This document shows positions 1 to 12,366 of a stretch of 64,000 nt of DNA, piece by piece. The position numbers and the translations under genes are program-made. This stretch comes from the human T2T-CHM13v2.0 reference genome, Homo sapiens. Each line of letters begins with the position of its first letter. The stretch's first letter is position 1. The stretch lies in assembly GCF_009914755.1 (NCBI RefSeq), contig NC_060937.1, one strand, 5' to 3'. The notes below the pieces were generated by a model that ran no database searches, had not been told where the DNA came from, and saw only the letters and a program-made list of their open reading frames with translations.

Positions 1-269
1 AGAAAGTTTAAACAGTTTAAAATACACATCCACTCAATTACATGACCTCAAAATGCATAATTTTATAAAATAATAAAATTATAAGAAGAACCCAAATGCA
101 CAGTCAGTGGCAGTTTGCATATATAAATTCAAGAAGGATACAGAGAAAGAAAGATTTAATAAATATTATAGCCCCCAAATGCAAAAATATAAAAATTGGA
201 CAGTATCCTATGCCATAAAACAAGTACAAATAAATTAATTAAAAAGGTATATGTTTTTAACAACTATTA

Positions 270-1710
270 ACAATCAAAATATACCTAGAAAATTACTATA
301 TGTTTGGACATTATAAAAACACATCGAAAGGAAATCATGGGAGAAAAAAGAAAGTATACTAAACTGAATGATAATGAAAATACTACATATTAAAATTTGA
401 AAAGTACAGCATGTAAAATGTATAGCCTTAGAAGCACACATTCAAAAGAAAAGATGGCTTAAAAGTAATGCTTTAAGCATCTGTCTTGAGAAATTACAAA
501 AGAACAGCAAAAAAGAAAGTAAAAAGAAGAAACCATTAAAGAAAGAGCATTGATGAATGAGGATGAAACTAATAATTAAATATAATAGAGAAGACAAAGC
601 CAAAACTGGGAGGCTAGTAACATTTATATATATATATACACACACACACATATATTTTTTTTTCAAGAGAATAATTAAGAAGAGAAAATTAACTTACATC
701 AGGAATAAAACAGGAGATTCTATAGATATTACAAAGATAATAACTGTATGTAATAACTTTATTCCAATAAATTGAGAAATTCAGAAGAAACTGTCCAGAA
801 AATTTCTAGAAAACGACCACTTATAAATTTGACAAAAGATATAATAAAAAACTGAGATAAACATAAAGAAACTGAAACAGCAATATAAAACTTCCTCCAA
901 AATAATGTTTAGGTTCAAACATCTTTACTAACAGGCACAATGAAAAATTAATATCAATCCTACATATTTCCAGAGAACGACAAAATAAGATAAACTCTAA
1001 TACATGGTATCAGACTGGATTTTCTTGATACCAAAAACCAATCAAGAGAGTATGACAAGGGAAACATACAGTCCAATCTCATTATGAACATAGACCCCAA
1101 AATTCTTAAAAATGTAAACCCAGCAGTTGGTAAAAAGACTTCATCATAAGCAAGTTGGTTTATACTAGAAATTCAGGTTAGCTTAACATTAGAAAGGCAA
1201 TGTAATTGGTCATATTAAGAATAAAATAAAAAAATAGGTTTCAACTCATTGATACATAAAAAGCATTTGATGAGTTTTAAAATCCATTCCTGATAAAAGT
1301 TAAAAATAAAAACTCATGGAAAACTAGAACTAGAATGGAGCTTCCTCAATCTGATAAAGGCTAATTACAAATTTAAAAAAAAATCCACTGCAAGCATCTT
1401 ATCTAATGGTGAGATTTTCAAAGCTTTCCTTTGAAGTCAAGGATGTCAAATATCATCACTTCACTTCAATCTTGTACTGAAGGGCCTTGATAGCACTGAA
1501 AGGCAAGAAAGAGAAATGAAAGGTATAATGATTAGGAAAGGAAAATTAAGATTGTCATTATTCTCAGTTAACATAATTTCATTTGTAGAAAATCTAACAG
1601 AATCTACAGATTAATTAGAAGTATTTTGTAGCAAGGTTGCAGAAAAACATCAGTTATATTTATATGCCAGTATCAAACACTTAGAAAATAGATTTTTTAA
1701 AGTCACCATT
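270..1710 (+). mobile_element. Old L1M (L1MC/L1ME-like) ORF2 remnant
   Basis: A-rich plus strand with degenerate L1 ORF2 motifs, e.g. aactgaatgataatgaaaatactacata, cttgataccaaaaacc, aaaagcatttgatga, agaaaatctaacagaatctaca; no intact ORF. Confidence 0.8.
625..654. repeat. (TA)n(CA)n microsatellite
   Basis: atatatatatatacacacacacacatatat. Confidence 0.85.
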
Positions 1711-1711
1711 T

Positions 1712-2665
1712 CATTGGGGAAACTTTAAGGTCATCAGTCTAGGCAAAGAATTATTGAGTAATACCCCAAAAGCACAGGCAACCAAAGCAAAATTGTACAA
1801 ATGGGATCATATCAAGTTAAAAAGCTTCCACAAAAGAGAAAATCAACAAAGTGAAGAGACAACCCAGGGGATTAATAACCACAATATAGAAGGAACTCAA
1901 ACAATTCAATAGGAAAAATAAAATATAATAATCCAATAAAAAAAATGGACAAAGGATCTGAATAGAAATTTCTCAAAAGAAGACATACATATGGTAAACA
2001 AATATATGAAAAGGTGCTCAATATCATTGACCATCAGAGAACTGCAAATCAAGGCTACTATGAGATATCAACTCATCTCACTTAACATGACTTTTAGGCA
2101 ATAACGAATGCTGACGAGGATATGGGGAAAAGGCAACCCTCGTACACTGTTGGGAATGTAAATTAGTACAGCCACTGTGGAGAAAAGTATGGAGGTTCCT
2201 CAGAAAACTAAAAATAGAACGACCAGGGCCAGGCATGGTGGTTCCCACCTGTAATCCCAGCACTATGGGAGGCTGAGGCAGGAGGATTATTAGAGGTGAG
2301 GAGTTCAAGACCAGTTTGGCAAACATGGTAAAACTCTGTCTCTATTAAAGATAGAAAAAAAAAATTAGCCGGGTATGGTGGTGCACACCTGTAATCCCAG
2401 CTACTCAGGAGGCTGAGGCACAACAATTGTTTGAACCCAGGAGCCAGAGGTTGCAGTGAGCCAAGACTGCACCACTGCACTACAGCATGGGTGACAGAGC
2501 GAGACACCACAAAAAAAAAAAAAAAAAAAAAAAAAGAACTACCATATGATCCAGCAATCCCACACCTAGCTATATACTCAAAAGAAAGGAAATCAGTATA
2601 TCAAAGAAATACGTGCACACCCAGGTTTACTGCAGCACTATTCATGATAGCCAAGATTTGGAAAC
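1712..2665 (+). mobile_element. L1MA-type fragment (3' part of ORF2), interrupted by an Alu
   Basis: accccaaaagcacaggcaaccaaagcaaaa...gggatcatatcaagttaaaaagcttc; resumes after the Alu with gaactaccatatgatccagcaatccca. Confidence 0.85.
2227..2535 (+). mobile_element. Full-length Alu (old AluS/AluJ)
   Basis: ggccaggcatggtgg start, two arms, A25 tail, imperfect TSD agaacgacca / agaactacca. Confidence 0.95.
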
Positions 2666-2699
2666 AATTTCCAATTTCTGTAATAATGACCCAGTGAGA

Positions 2700-2886
2700 G
2701 CCAACACCTAAAATCAGTAACGAACTTATACGCAGAGTATATTAAAACTTCCATAATCAACAATAAAGAGCCTGAAAACCCAATAGAAAAATGGGCCAAT
2801 GACTCCAACAGGCTCTTCAAAGAAAATAAAATGCAAATGGACAACAAATGTGAAAAAGTGCTCGAACTTATTTATAAGCAGGAAAA

Positions 2887-2918
<32 letters not shown>

Positions 2919-3625
2919 CAGTGACAAACTACTACATACTCACCAGATTCAGGGGGGAAGACTAAAAATAACATTGTCAAAGCAGTGAAGTGATGGGTTT
3001 CTCTTACATGCTGTTGGAATTGTAGATTAGAACAATCACTTTCAGAAACACTTTTAGATTATCTACAAAAGCTGGAAATTGACCCAGAAATTCAAATTCT
3101 AGGCTTATTCCCAAGAAAACTCAGACATGTGCACCTGGATACCTACAAAAGATTGCTTATAACAACATTGTTCCATTTGGCTTTATACTAAAAGTAAATG
3201 GCCATCAATAATAAGATGAACAAATAATCTGATGTTTATTTATTAGATGGAATACCATACAGTAATGAAAATGCACAATCTATAGCTACACCAACAATGG
3301 AAATAATTCCTACAAGCATAATTCATTTGATAAAAACTCAAGAACAGGCTGAACTAAACCACATTATTTAAGATTGCATACTAGGCAGTAAAACTGTAAA
3401 GAAAAACAATGAAGGAATTACCATATAAATCTGGATAATACTATTCCCAGGAAGGGGAGAAGGGGATTGTGATCAGGAAGGTGTTCAGTTGCTTCTGGAG
3501 TGAGGGGAATGTTTTGTTTCTTGATCTGATTTCATGGTGTTCACTTTATAATGCTTCGTGAAATTGTAAAATTATATTTATGCACTTTTCTGTAAGTCTG
3601 TTATAATTCACATTAACAATTAAAA
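2700..3625 (+). mobile_element. Old L1M 3' end (L1MC/ME-like)
   Basis: cccaatagaaaaatgggc, atggaataccatacagtaatgaaaatg and 3'UTR-like aatgttttgtttcttgatctg; internal A29 run at 2890-2918. Confidence 0.75.
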
Positions 3626-4145
3626 GAAAGAAAAGAGTTATTCTCTCACTGCAGAAGGCCATAGAGAACAATAAAAATCTTACTCTTTTATGAAATTGTT
3701 TTTTGTTGGAGGTTGGGAGGTCGTTATTAGCTATAATTTTTTGAACATGTGAGAGGGGAACTTAATGAGAAATGAAAATGAGGCATTTTTACTTTACTGA
3801 TGGGCATTCCAAATGATAAAATATACTTTAAGAAATGTATTCATATTTTCAATTAATGCTGTAAAGAGATATTTCAAACTAGGTTAACAGTTGCCTTGAA
3901 GAAAGGCTTGTTTTAGTGAAGAAGAGTAATGGTCAACTACGCTATCCATTTAAATAAAATAATGGACACTTTGTCTCTGTTTTCTTCCATTCAGTTTCAT
4001 AATTTCCTAATTAGTGTCATTTGAATTGGTGAAAGTGTATCATCTTGGCCCTCCCCATCCCTCCACCCCAATTCTCATGTGCACTCTCTCTCAATATTCT
4101 TTTGTATTTTGTTTGACTGTTTTATTGAAAAGCCATAAACAAGCA

Positions 4146-4524
4146 GTATTAGTTTGCTAGGGCCACCATAACAAAATACCACTGGGCGGCTCAAACAACA
4201 GAAATTTATTTTCTCATTCTTTTAGAGGTTGGAAGTCCAAGAACAAAGTGTCAACAGGTTAGACTTCTCCTGAGACCTCTCTTTTTGGCTTGCAGATGGG
4301 CCACCCTCTTGCCGTGTCCTCACATCACATTATTTCTATGTGCATTCCTCCCTGCTATCTCCTTCATTTCTTATGAAGATGTCAGTCACACTGGATTAGA
4401 GCCCCATCCTTATGAATTCACTTAAGCTTAATTACCTCTTTAAAAGCCCTATCTACCAATATAATGACATTATGGTTTAGGACTGTCACATGCAATTTGA
4501 TGGCACACAATTCCGTCCATAACA
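4146..4524 (-). mobile_element. MaLR solo LTR (MLT1A/MLT1A0-like)
   Basis: gtattagtttgctagggccaccataacaaaatacca...ggaagtccaag...ttaattacctctttaaa...cacaattccgtccataaca. Confidence 0.9.
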
Positions 4525-5094
4525 CGAGCTCTTTCATTTTGATAATAATATACCTAACCACTCTTCAGAGTATCCAGTGTGGTACAATAAATGTGAAATT
4601 TGGCAACTCTACATTGTTGCTCAGAAAATGACAAATCATAAGACCTATCATCTAATCCTCTCTCCTTTTAACGGTAAAATACAGATAATACATTTAAATA
4701 AATTGAGTATGTAAAATGGGACATGAACCTTTTTAGAAGTTACAATTGAAGATTGTAGATACATTTCAAAAGGACCTGGAGAGGAAATGGGCAATAAATT
4801 ATGAGCTGCAGCTCTTCCTAAAGTCATCAGAAAGGCCTTTCCTTCTTCCTTTGAAAATACCTCCTGGTAAGTCAACCTGTTCTTCCTTTCTGATACCTAC
4901 TTCAGATAGTGGATGTAGCCCTTAAAAAGAGAACCCCATTTTCACACAAAGGGAAGATAACACAAATTTAAAATACAAGAAGGATACTAGGTCCCCACTC
5001 ACAGCCCACACCATAGCCCACACTATCTTTATCTCATGCTTCCAGGCTCTTCCCACTCACTTCAGCCTTCACAATGCCAAATTATTGCCCAAAA

Positions 5095-5590
5095 AATAAA
5101 TCTAATCATGTCATCCCCTGTTTAAATATTTGAATGTTTCATTGTTTCCAATAGACTCAAGTCAATATTTGATAGCTCGGGATATAAAGCCCTTTATAAG
5201 CATACTCCGGCTTACTTTGACAAAAGTATTTCTTGCTACTTCACTCCATGTGTACTTTGATCCAACTGCATAAAACTCCTCAGCAGCCTCCAGGTTTGTC
5301 CACTACCTTGCCTAGAATTCTCTTTCACTGCATCTGTGCCCAGGACACTTCTCAGCTTTATGACACAGCTCAGAGGTTACCATATGTGGTGCCTCCTTAC
5401 TGCCCAAGCAAGCTTAGTCTTGCTTCACGCTACCACAGAACATTGTTCTTACCTCAATTATAGTGCTCATGATGTTACACTGTAATTGTTTATTTATAGC
5501 CAAGCCCTGCACTCTAGGCATAGGCAACTTGAACACTGTGTCTTGTATATATTTACAGTCTCAGTTCTTGGCATATGGTAAGAAATAAAA
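5095..5590 (+). mobile_element. L2 3' fragment
   Basis: aatctaatcatgtcatcccctgtttaaa...tgtaattgtttattt...cagttcttggcatatggta. Confidence 0.65.
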
Positions 5591-5629
5591 CCATGATAAC
5601 TCCCACTAAATATGATTTTAATGTAAAAA

Positions 5630-6640
5630 TCAATGCATTCTTTTATTCCATCAACAAATATGCATATAGATATCAAGGGTCCCCTACAAAAAATACTCAC
5701 TGAAGCTGTGGCCATACAGCTGTCACTGTCAGATGTATACATGAATCTTACATTCTAAAAGAGAAAGATATCAAACAACTTACTATATGATTAATTATTT
5801 CACTGATAAGTTCTACAGAGGAGGAAAAAAAGATGTGATGTTATTGAAATACATCATAGGTAGCATGATTTCATCTAGGGAAGAAATGGCTAAGCAAGTT
5901 TTTCTTATGAGTTACCGCTAATAAAAAAGAGAGAGAGAGAGAGGTGAACCAGGCCATTATACCCAAAATGCAGTTAAGTGTAAATGATATAAATTATTAT
6001 TACACAGTGTATTTTAGTGTATTTGTTTTTAATAACTTTCTCTTATAGCATATAATCATGATTTTATTTTACATTTACTGCAATGATATTAGATTTCTTT
6101 TTCTAGTATATTAATTTTAGTAAAAAGAATGATTAAAGAAATTTAGCAAATTAAAGGAAGATAATAGTATCAGTATATAGAGACATGGCAAAAAAAATTA
6201 TATATAAATAACTAGTGCTAAATTCCACACAATGCAGAGGAAAAGGAAAAGAATTTCAGGTAAATGGAAAAAAAATGAGTGAATGCCTTACAGAAAGAGC
6301 CTGGCATGTAGAGAAAATGAGAGAAGTCCAGCATGAATGAAGCTCTGAGGGAGAAATGGCATGTGTTGGAAGATGAGGCAGGGGAGGGACATCAGTGGGG
6401 AGAATCAAAGTGATAAGAATATTTTGAGAAAGTCATATGAAGGAGGTGGATGAACAAACAACAGAAGACTGAGGAGGAATTAACGGAGAACCAGCTTAGT
6501 GTTGCATCATGCCGACCAAGGGAAAACATGTTTCAAGAAGGGAATAATTAACTGCGTGCAACAGTGCTGACAAGATGAGAACCCAAAAGCATCAACTGCA
6601 TTTGACGACATGTGGGTCATGCATGTCCTGAGCCAGATAA
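5630..6640 (-). mobile_element. L2 fragments, interrupted by a hAT relic
   Basis: cattcttttattccatcaacaaatatg; gagcctggcatgtagagaaa; ccaagggaaaacatgtttcaagaaggg; aagatgagaaccc. Confidence 0.6.
5985..6218 (+). mobile_element. hAT-Charlie relic (MER113-like)
   Basis: tttacatttactgcaatgatattag...ataatagtatcagtatatagagacatggcaaaaa resembles the recalled MER113 end. Confidence 0.45.
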
Positions 6641-6869
6641 ATGATCCTGCCTGAAGTCTCTGATGTATCCTTCTCTGCATTTTAGATAAATGAAAATAAA
6701 GAGGGTCTTAGGCAGAAGATAGGCCTTAATCTGTCTGCTGTTATGGCCCAATTTTTCTGAGAAATGTATTTTTCAAATTCATTTCTCTGGACATGTATCG
6801 CATAAAAAGATCATAATTTCTTATTCACCAATTATTGATGATTTTCTTTGATGACAAATTAAAATTCCT

Positions 6870-7030
6870 TTACTAGATGTTTGATCCTGGGCAAGTCATT
6901 TATCCGTCTGAAATTCCAGTTTCCCTTTCTGCCACATGCAGAAAATTATACTACAGGGCACAGTTTTTATGTTTAAGGATAATGTACAACCAGCCCCTTG
7001 CATAAAGCAGGTACTGCCAAGTAGCTTGGC
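6870..7030 (+). mobile_element. MIR
   Basis: tactagatgtttgatcctgggcaagtcatttatccgtctgaaattccagtttcc MIR core. Confidence 0.8.
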
Positions 7031-8664
7031 TTCTCATTCAGCTACAGTAGGACTTTCTTCTCTTACCATTGTGATTCACTCCCCTTCTTCAAACCATAAG
7101 GAGAAAATGAGTCTGAGGTTTTATTCTTGAACATCACATGCTTACCCATGAGGTTACACAACCATTCCCATATAGGATCAGCGTTTGATGACAATGCAGT
7201 TTTCTGCATGTCATTTGAGTTCCAAAAGTAATCGTACTCAATAAAATACCTTTAAAAATACATAGACAAGTAGCTGACTTCCCCAAATAGGCAGATCCCT
7301 CAAAACAAACAGTAACTCCATAAAACTCATGAAATTCTATTTCCTGAGATTAACATTCAAGAGATGTTAGGTATGCCATAAACATTGTTTAGAATATTAC
7401 AGTTATTTTAACTTATTCTTTTTAAGAGTAAATCACATTTACAGAAGCACACTTACAAAGGAGTGCTGAAGACAATGCCATGTGCAACAAATAGAATTGT
7501 TGTTTTTGTTTTTACTCTTGTCAGTGAACACTTATTAAACACCCACTAGGTCCTGGACCTCATGGAAACAAATGTGAGTTAACACATTTCCTCTCCAAAA
7601 AGACATTTTTCAGTGACTATTTTTTTCTAGTATCTGGGGTAGACAAAACTGACTACATCACATTAGAAGTCAATCTGTTATCAAATTTAAGTTTTTGCAA
7701 CAGCAAACATTTTTAGATTACATGAGCGTGCACACACACACACAGGCACACACAGTAAAAGCACCTGAAATAGGCTATATTCTATTATTGTAAATGTACT
7801 CCCTGACTGAGACCTGGTATGCCAGCCTGAAGCAAATTATTATAGCCTAGCTATTAACTCCTAAAAATAGGGAGCTATAATGGAAACACTTGGAGACTAA
7901 AGAATGAGCAAAACTACTATCCCAGCAATGGTGCAGCAATGAGACACATTTGTATAGTTTGCCATGTCATGGCAGGGGTTAGGTGTCAGCCATCCCTGCC
8001 TTGTCACACCAACCTGTACTTTCGATTCTTTTTTTTTCTTTTTTGTCCTTTTACTGTATACTTAAAAAAATTTTTTTTAACAGTCTCTTTTTTAGTTTTT
8101 CTCTTCTCTCCTCTCTGGCCAAATTCTTAGGTCAGATTTGTCTTTTAAGACTGTACCCCTTGTCCCCACCCAAGAAAAGGGTGGGAGCATTTGTTGAAGC
8201 AGAAGTCATGAGTAAAAATTGCTAAAGTGATCAGAAACAAAAATGCCAGAACTGTGACCCTTGGCAATTTTGTAGCACCCTTGTTGAGTGACTGTATATG
8301 TGAGTGCACGTTTTCTAATGCAACCCACTAGATCCTGAACATTTTCTAGAGTGTAAGACTATTTTCTTTGAGCTTATGCTAGGGCGATAATATATTGTCA
8401 TCTAAATTTATGTTGTGAGACAGCTGTTTACTATCTTATAATTAGGTGGGCCAGTAGAATGTGTTTGTATATCTATTTGACATACCCGAGACTTGAAATA
8501 AATCATCTGTATAGTGACATATTGTTAAGAGAAACTTGAAAAAATTAAAATATCCTATTTAGCTTACAGATTTCAAACTATAGGCACAAATAGATAACCG
8601 CAAAGTTTATCTGAAATCACAAAGAAAATATAAAGAATTGAATGACGCCACATGTACCTCAATC

Positions 8665-10620
8665 TTAAATTGAGGTATAATTTTCATACAATAAAATGTA
8701 CACAGACCTTATATGTGACAATTTGATGTGTTTTGAGCAGTGGATACACTCACTTGTGTAAGTCACAAATCTACGATAATAAGGAACATTTCTATCATCC
8801 CAGAAACTCCTATGCACTCATTCTGTTCCCCTACCAACGCTCTTTCCACAAGAAGCAACCACTGTTCTGATTTCTCATGCCATAGATCAGTTTTGTGTTC
8901 TCTAAAATTACACTAAAACGTGGAAATAAACACTTTTGTGATTGACTTCTGTCATTCAGCATAATGGTTTTCAAAGTAATTCACGTGTTTACACGTACAG
9001 TAGTTCTTTTATTTCACTGCTGAATAATATTTCATTGCCTATATTGAAATTGATTAGGCATTCACTCATCAATGAACATTTGAATTGTTTCCAATTTCAG
9101 GTTATTATAAATGAAACTTCTATGAACATTATTGAACAAGTCTTTTTTTCAATGTATGTTTTTATTTTTGTTGAATAAATACCTAGGAGTAGAATTGCTG
9201 AATCATAGGGTAGGTAATTGTAACTTTAAAAGATACTGCCAAATGGATTTCCAAATTAGATGTATCAGTTTTACACCTCCTCTAACATATGAGGTTTCTG
9301 GTTGCTATAAATACATGTCAATATCTAAATATCATTTTTTTCAGCATTTTAAAATTTATCTCAGTATGTACTAATATCTCATTGTGGTTTCAACTTTCAT
9401 AAGCCTGACTAGTGATGTTGAACATGTTTTTATGTGACATTTATCTCCCTTCGTAAGTACCTGTTCAAGACTTCCATCCATTTATTAAAAATTGTGTTTT
9501 TGGGGTTTTTTAAATTGATTTATGAAAGTTCTTTACATAGTTTGGCATAAGTCTATAATCAGATATATATGCACAAATCCTTCCGCTTAGGTTTTTGATG
9601 AGCAGAAATTTTTAATATTTATGAGGAATAAATTATCAATTTTTCATTTCATTTATTGCATTTTTCAGTTCTAGAATTTCCATTTCTTAAAGTTTTTATT
9701 TCTCTACTGGGATTTTCCATCTGTCTGTTTATCTTGTTCATCCTTTCCTTTAAAGTCCTAAACATAATTTAAATTGCTATTTTAAATTCTTTGCTAATTC
9801 CAACATATCTTTTGTCTCTGTATGTGCCTATATTATGTTTTATTTCCCCCGGTTATGGGACACCCAATTTCTTGTTTTTATGCCACTTAGTAATATTTTA
9901 TTTTATGCTAAACATTACAGGCACTATGTTGTTGAGAGTCAAAACTGTTTTTAAGTCTTTATTTAAAGCGAATTGAGTGTTATTCTGGCAGGAAATTAAT
10001 TTAATAGTGTATCAACTTGATTGCTAAAATAGGTCCATATTATATATTATTCTAAGTCTAAGGTAGCCCTATTCCCAATATCTAAACTTTTAGGAACTAA
10101 ACTGAATGTCTATTGTGTTTAGCAAAACTTCAACTTGTCATGACCCCACCTCTTTAGAAATGTGCATCCTCTAGAATCCATATTTATTTTCACAGTTCCC
10201 CAGCCTCACTGCCTCTTTCCCTGTACACTTACAGCTTAATATTTAGCAAAAAACTTAATAACAATGTCTAGGAAAATTTCATTTTTACATAGTTCCTTTC
10301 TCTGTGGTCCTTGGCCTTAAAAATTCCAATCCACCCAACAGCCCTGTGCTGCAATCTTCACCTCCTAAATTCAGCAAGACTATCAAGCTCTGTTTGGGCT
10401 CCACCTTCCTGCTTTGCAATCTGGAAACTGCCTCCAGGTAGGGAAAGTCATGGTGATCACGGAGCTTACTTTGTGTGTTTCCTTTCTAAGACCACAGCCC
10501 TGTGTTGTCTCTTGTCGAATGTCTCAACAGTTGTCTCATATATTGTGCCCAGTTTGATAGCTGTTTGTGGTGAGTGGGCTATTCCAATGTCAGTTACTCT
10601 CCATGGCTGCAATAGAGTCT
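8665..10620 (-). mobile_element. Old L1ME: 3' end joined to ORF1/5'UTR portion
   Basis: ttgaggtataattttcatacaataaaatg (3' end), aaatacctaggagtagaattgctg, tttcagttctagaatttccattt (ORF1 antisense), ctggaaactgcctccagg (5' region). Confidence 0.8.
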
Positions 10621-11869
10621 CCCAAGATCTGTTATTCATGACAGGTAATATGCATCAGAAACACAAAACATGGGTGCTAGTCAGTAAAAGGCCAAGACAC
10701 ACAAAAAGACCTCAAAGGTTTTGTTTTCATTTTGTTAATAAAGACTTCATTTTAAAAACCTTGCTTCCCTGATTTCAGCAACCGAAAGCATAACAGATTC
10801 TTTCTGCATTATACCCTTCAGCTAAGTGGGGTTTCAAAGATAACATAGGCAACTCTTTAAAAAGCCATTAGTATTTAAAAAGAGCCAAATACATTGTATA
10901 CATTCAGGAAAAATGAAAAACAAAAAACTATGAGATGTGATTTTTGGAAATGAGATCTGAGCTATATATGACATTTGATCTCATTTCTTTTTCTTCTTTG
11001 TAGTGAGAGCATATGCAAAGTTGAAGGTGGATTCTGGACTCTTGACATTTTTATCATTTAAACTAGAAATATCCCCAGTTTTCCTAAACTGAGCTCAAGC
11101 TATTTCGCATCCTGCTTCTGTGTATACTCATGCCCAACCTCTGCCACCCTCACACTTACACACACTCCCACACAGATGCACACAAATGGCCCTGTGAGAG
11201 CACAGCCCTCCCTGCCTTTGCAAAGGATGTAGAAAGGCAAGGATCATAACACAATTTGAAACAGTGTCATTTCCATGATCATTATCCTTTTTTCCACATT
11301 CTATCATGACTTAGTGTTAGCTGATTTTTCTGACATAGTATACACTAAGACACACGCACGCACACATGAACTGAGAAATACAATATTACTGATTTAAATT
11401 TAAATCATTCAAAAATTAGAATAATCTTGGATAAAAAATAAAGACTCTAGGTACAGAAATGCATTTCAGTTGTTGCTTTTGGAGGGCCAATTCTGCTCCA
11501 GTGCCTCCTGACTTTCTTAGTGGTGGCCGTGGAGCTGTGTCGGGAGCAGCAGTGGTTACAGACAGTGTCTAAAGCCTCCTGGACAGAGGACAAAATATAA
11601 TCGAATCATGTTGGAAGAAAAAATAACTAAAATTCAAACACTCTTTTACTAAGAAACCTTCAAAGGAAGAAAAGAACAGACTGAAAAATGAGCTGAAGCA
11701 AAAGAGCGGCAGAGACAGAGCACAAGAAAAAGAGATCAGGAATAAGAAATCCCTTCATCTAGTTTAAAGTCAAAATGCCCCTTAGTGAAGTAGACCTTTA
11801 AGTGTAAAGAAGTGAACTAAACTTATTTGGGTAAATGAGACAAAGGGGGCAGTATGACGGCCTCCTTAC

Positions 11870-12048
11870 CTTTCACACACAGTTAACTCTGTAACAGAAG
11901 GCTGATCACCTCACTTTGAATTGCCAGTTAAACCCCTGTCTTCCCTTTCTCCGTCTGCAGTCTTTAGTTCAGGTAGTGGAATAGATATTCATTCCAGTTC
12001 TTGTTCCATGGTTTGCCCATGGTGCTTCTGTGTCTTCTTTTGTGTTGT
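11870..12048 (-). other. Candidate non-coding exon
   Basis: Minus strand: long pyrimidine tract ...tttccttattcaatctgtttgtttaccttgctcAG| and donor AAG|GTAAGG; no transcript evidence available. Confidence 0.3.
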
Positions 12049-12266
12049 CTGAGCAAGGTAAACAAACAGATTGAATAAGGAAAGGATTAAGAAAGTGAAA
12101 ACCGAGAGAACTGAAATAATCTCTCTCAATTCACAGAGCAAGAAAGTGGCAGAGATCACATTGTCACAGGGTCCCTGTGTGGTTCGAGGTTGTATTCTTT
12201 CCACTGTGCCCTATTCTCTTCCCTCAGGTTCTGAATATTTTGGAATGGGAGTACAGTTGTGTGGGT

Positions 12267-12366
12267 GGTTTATGTTTGTACAAATTGGCTTTCCAGACCA
12301 AACATTGGCTTATGTTTGTACAAAATCTTTCCAAAACCAAACATTGGCTTATGTTTATACAAATTG
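12267..12366. repeat. ~39-bp tandem repeat, about 2.5 copies
   Basis: ggtttatgtttgtacaaattggctttccagaccaaacatt / ggcttatgtttgtacaaaatctttccaaaaccaaacatt / ggcttatgtttatacaaattg. Confidence 0.9.

Noticed and set aside
10311-10772. 153-aa ORF
   Set aside because: Starts at TTG, lies antisense over an old L1 5' region and has no recognisable domain.
12267-12366. CRISPR-like periodicity
   Set aside because: Head-to-tail tandem units with no unique spacers, in primate DNA with no cas genes.
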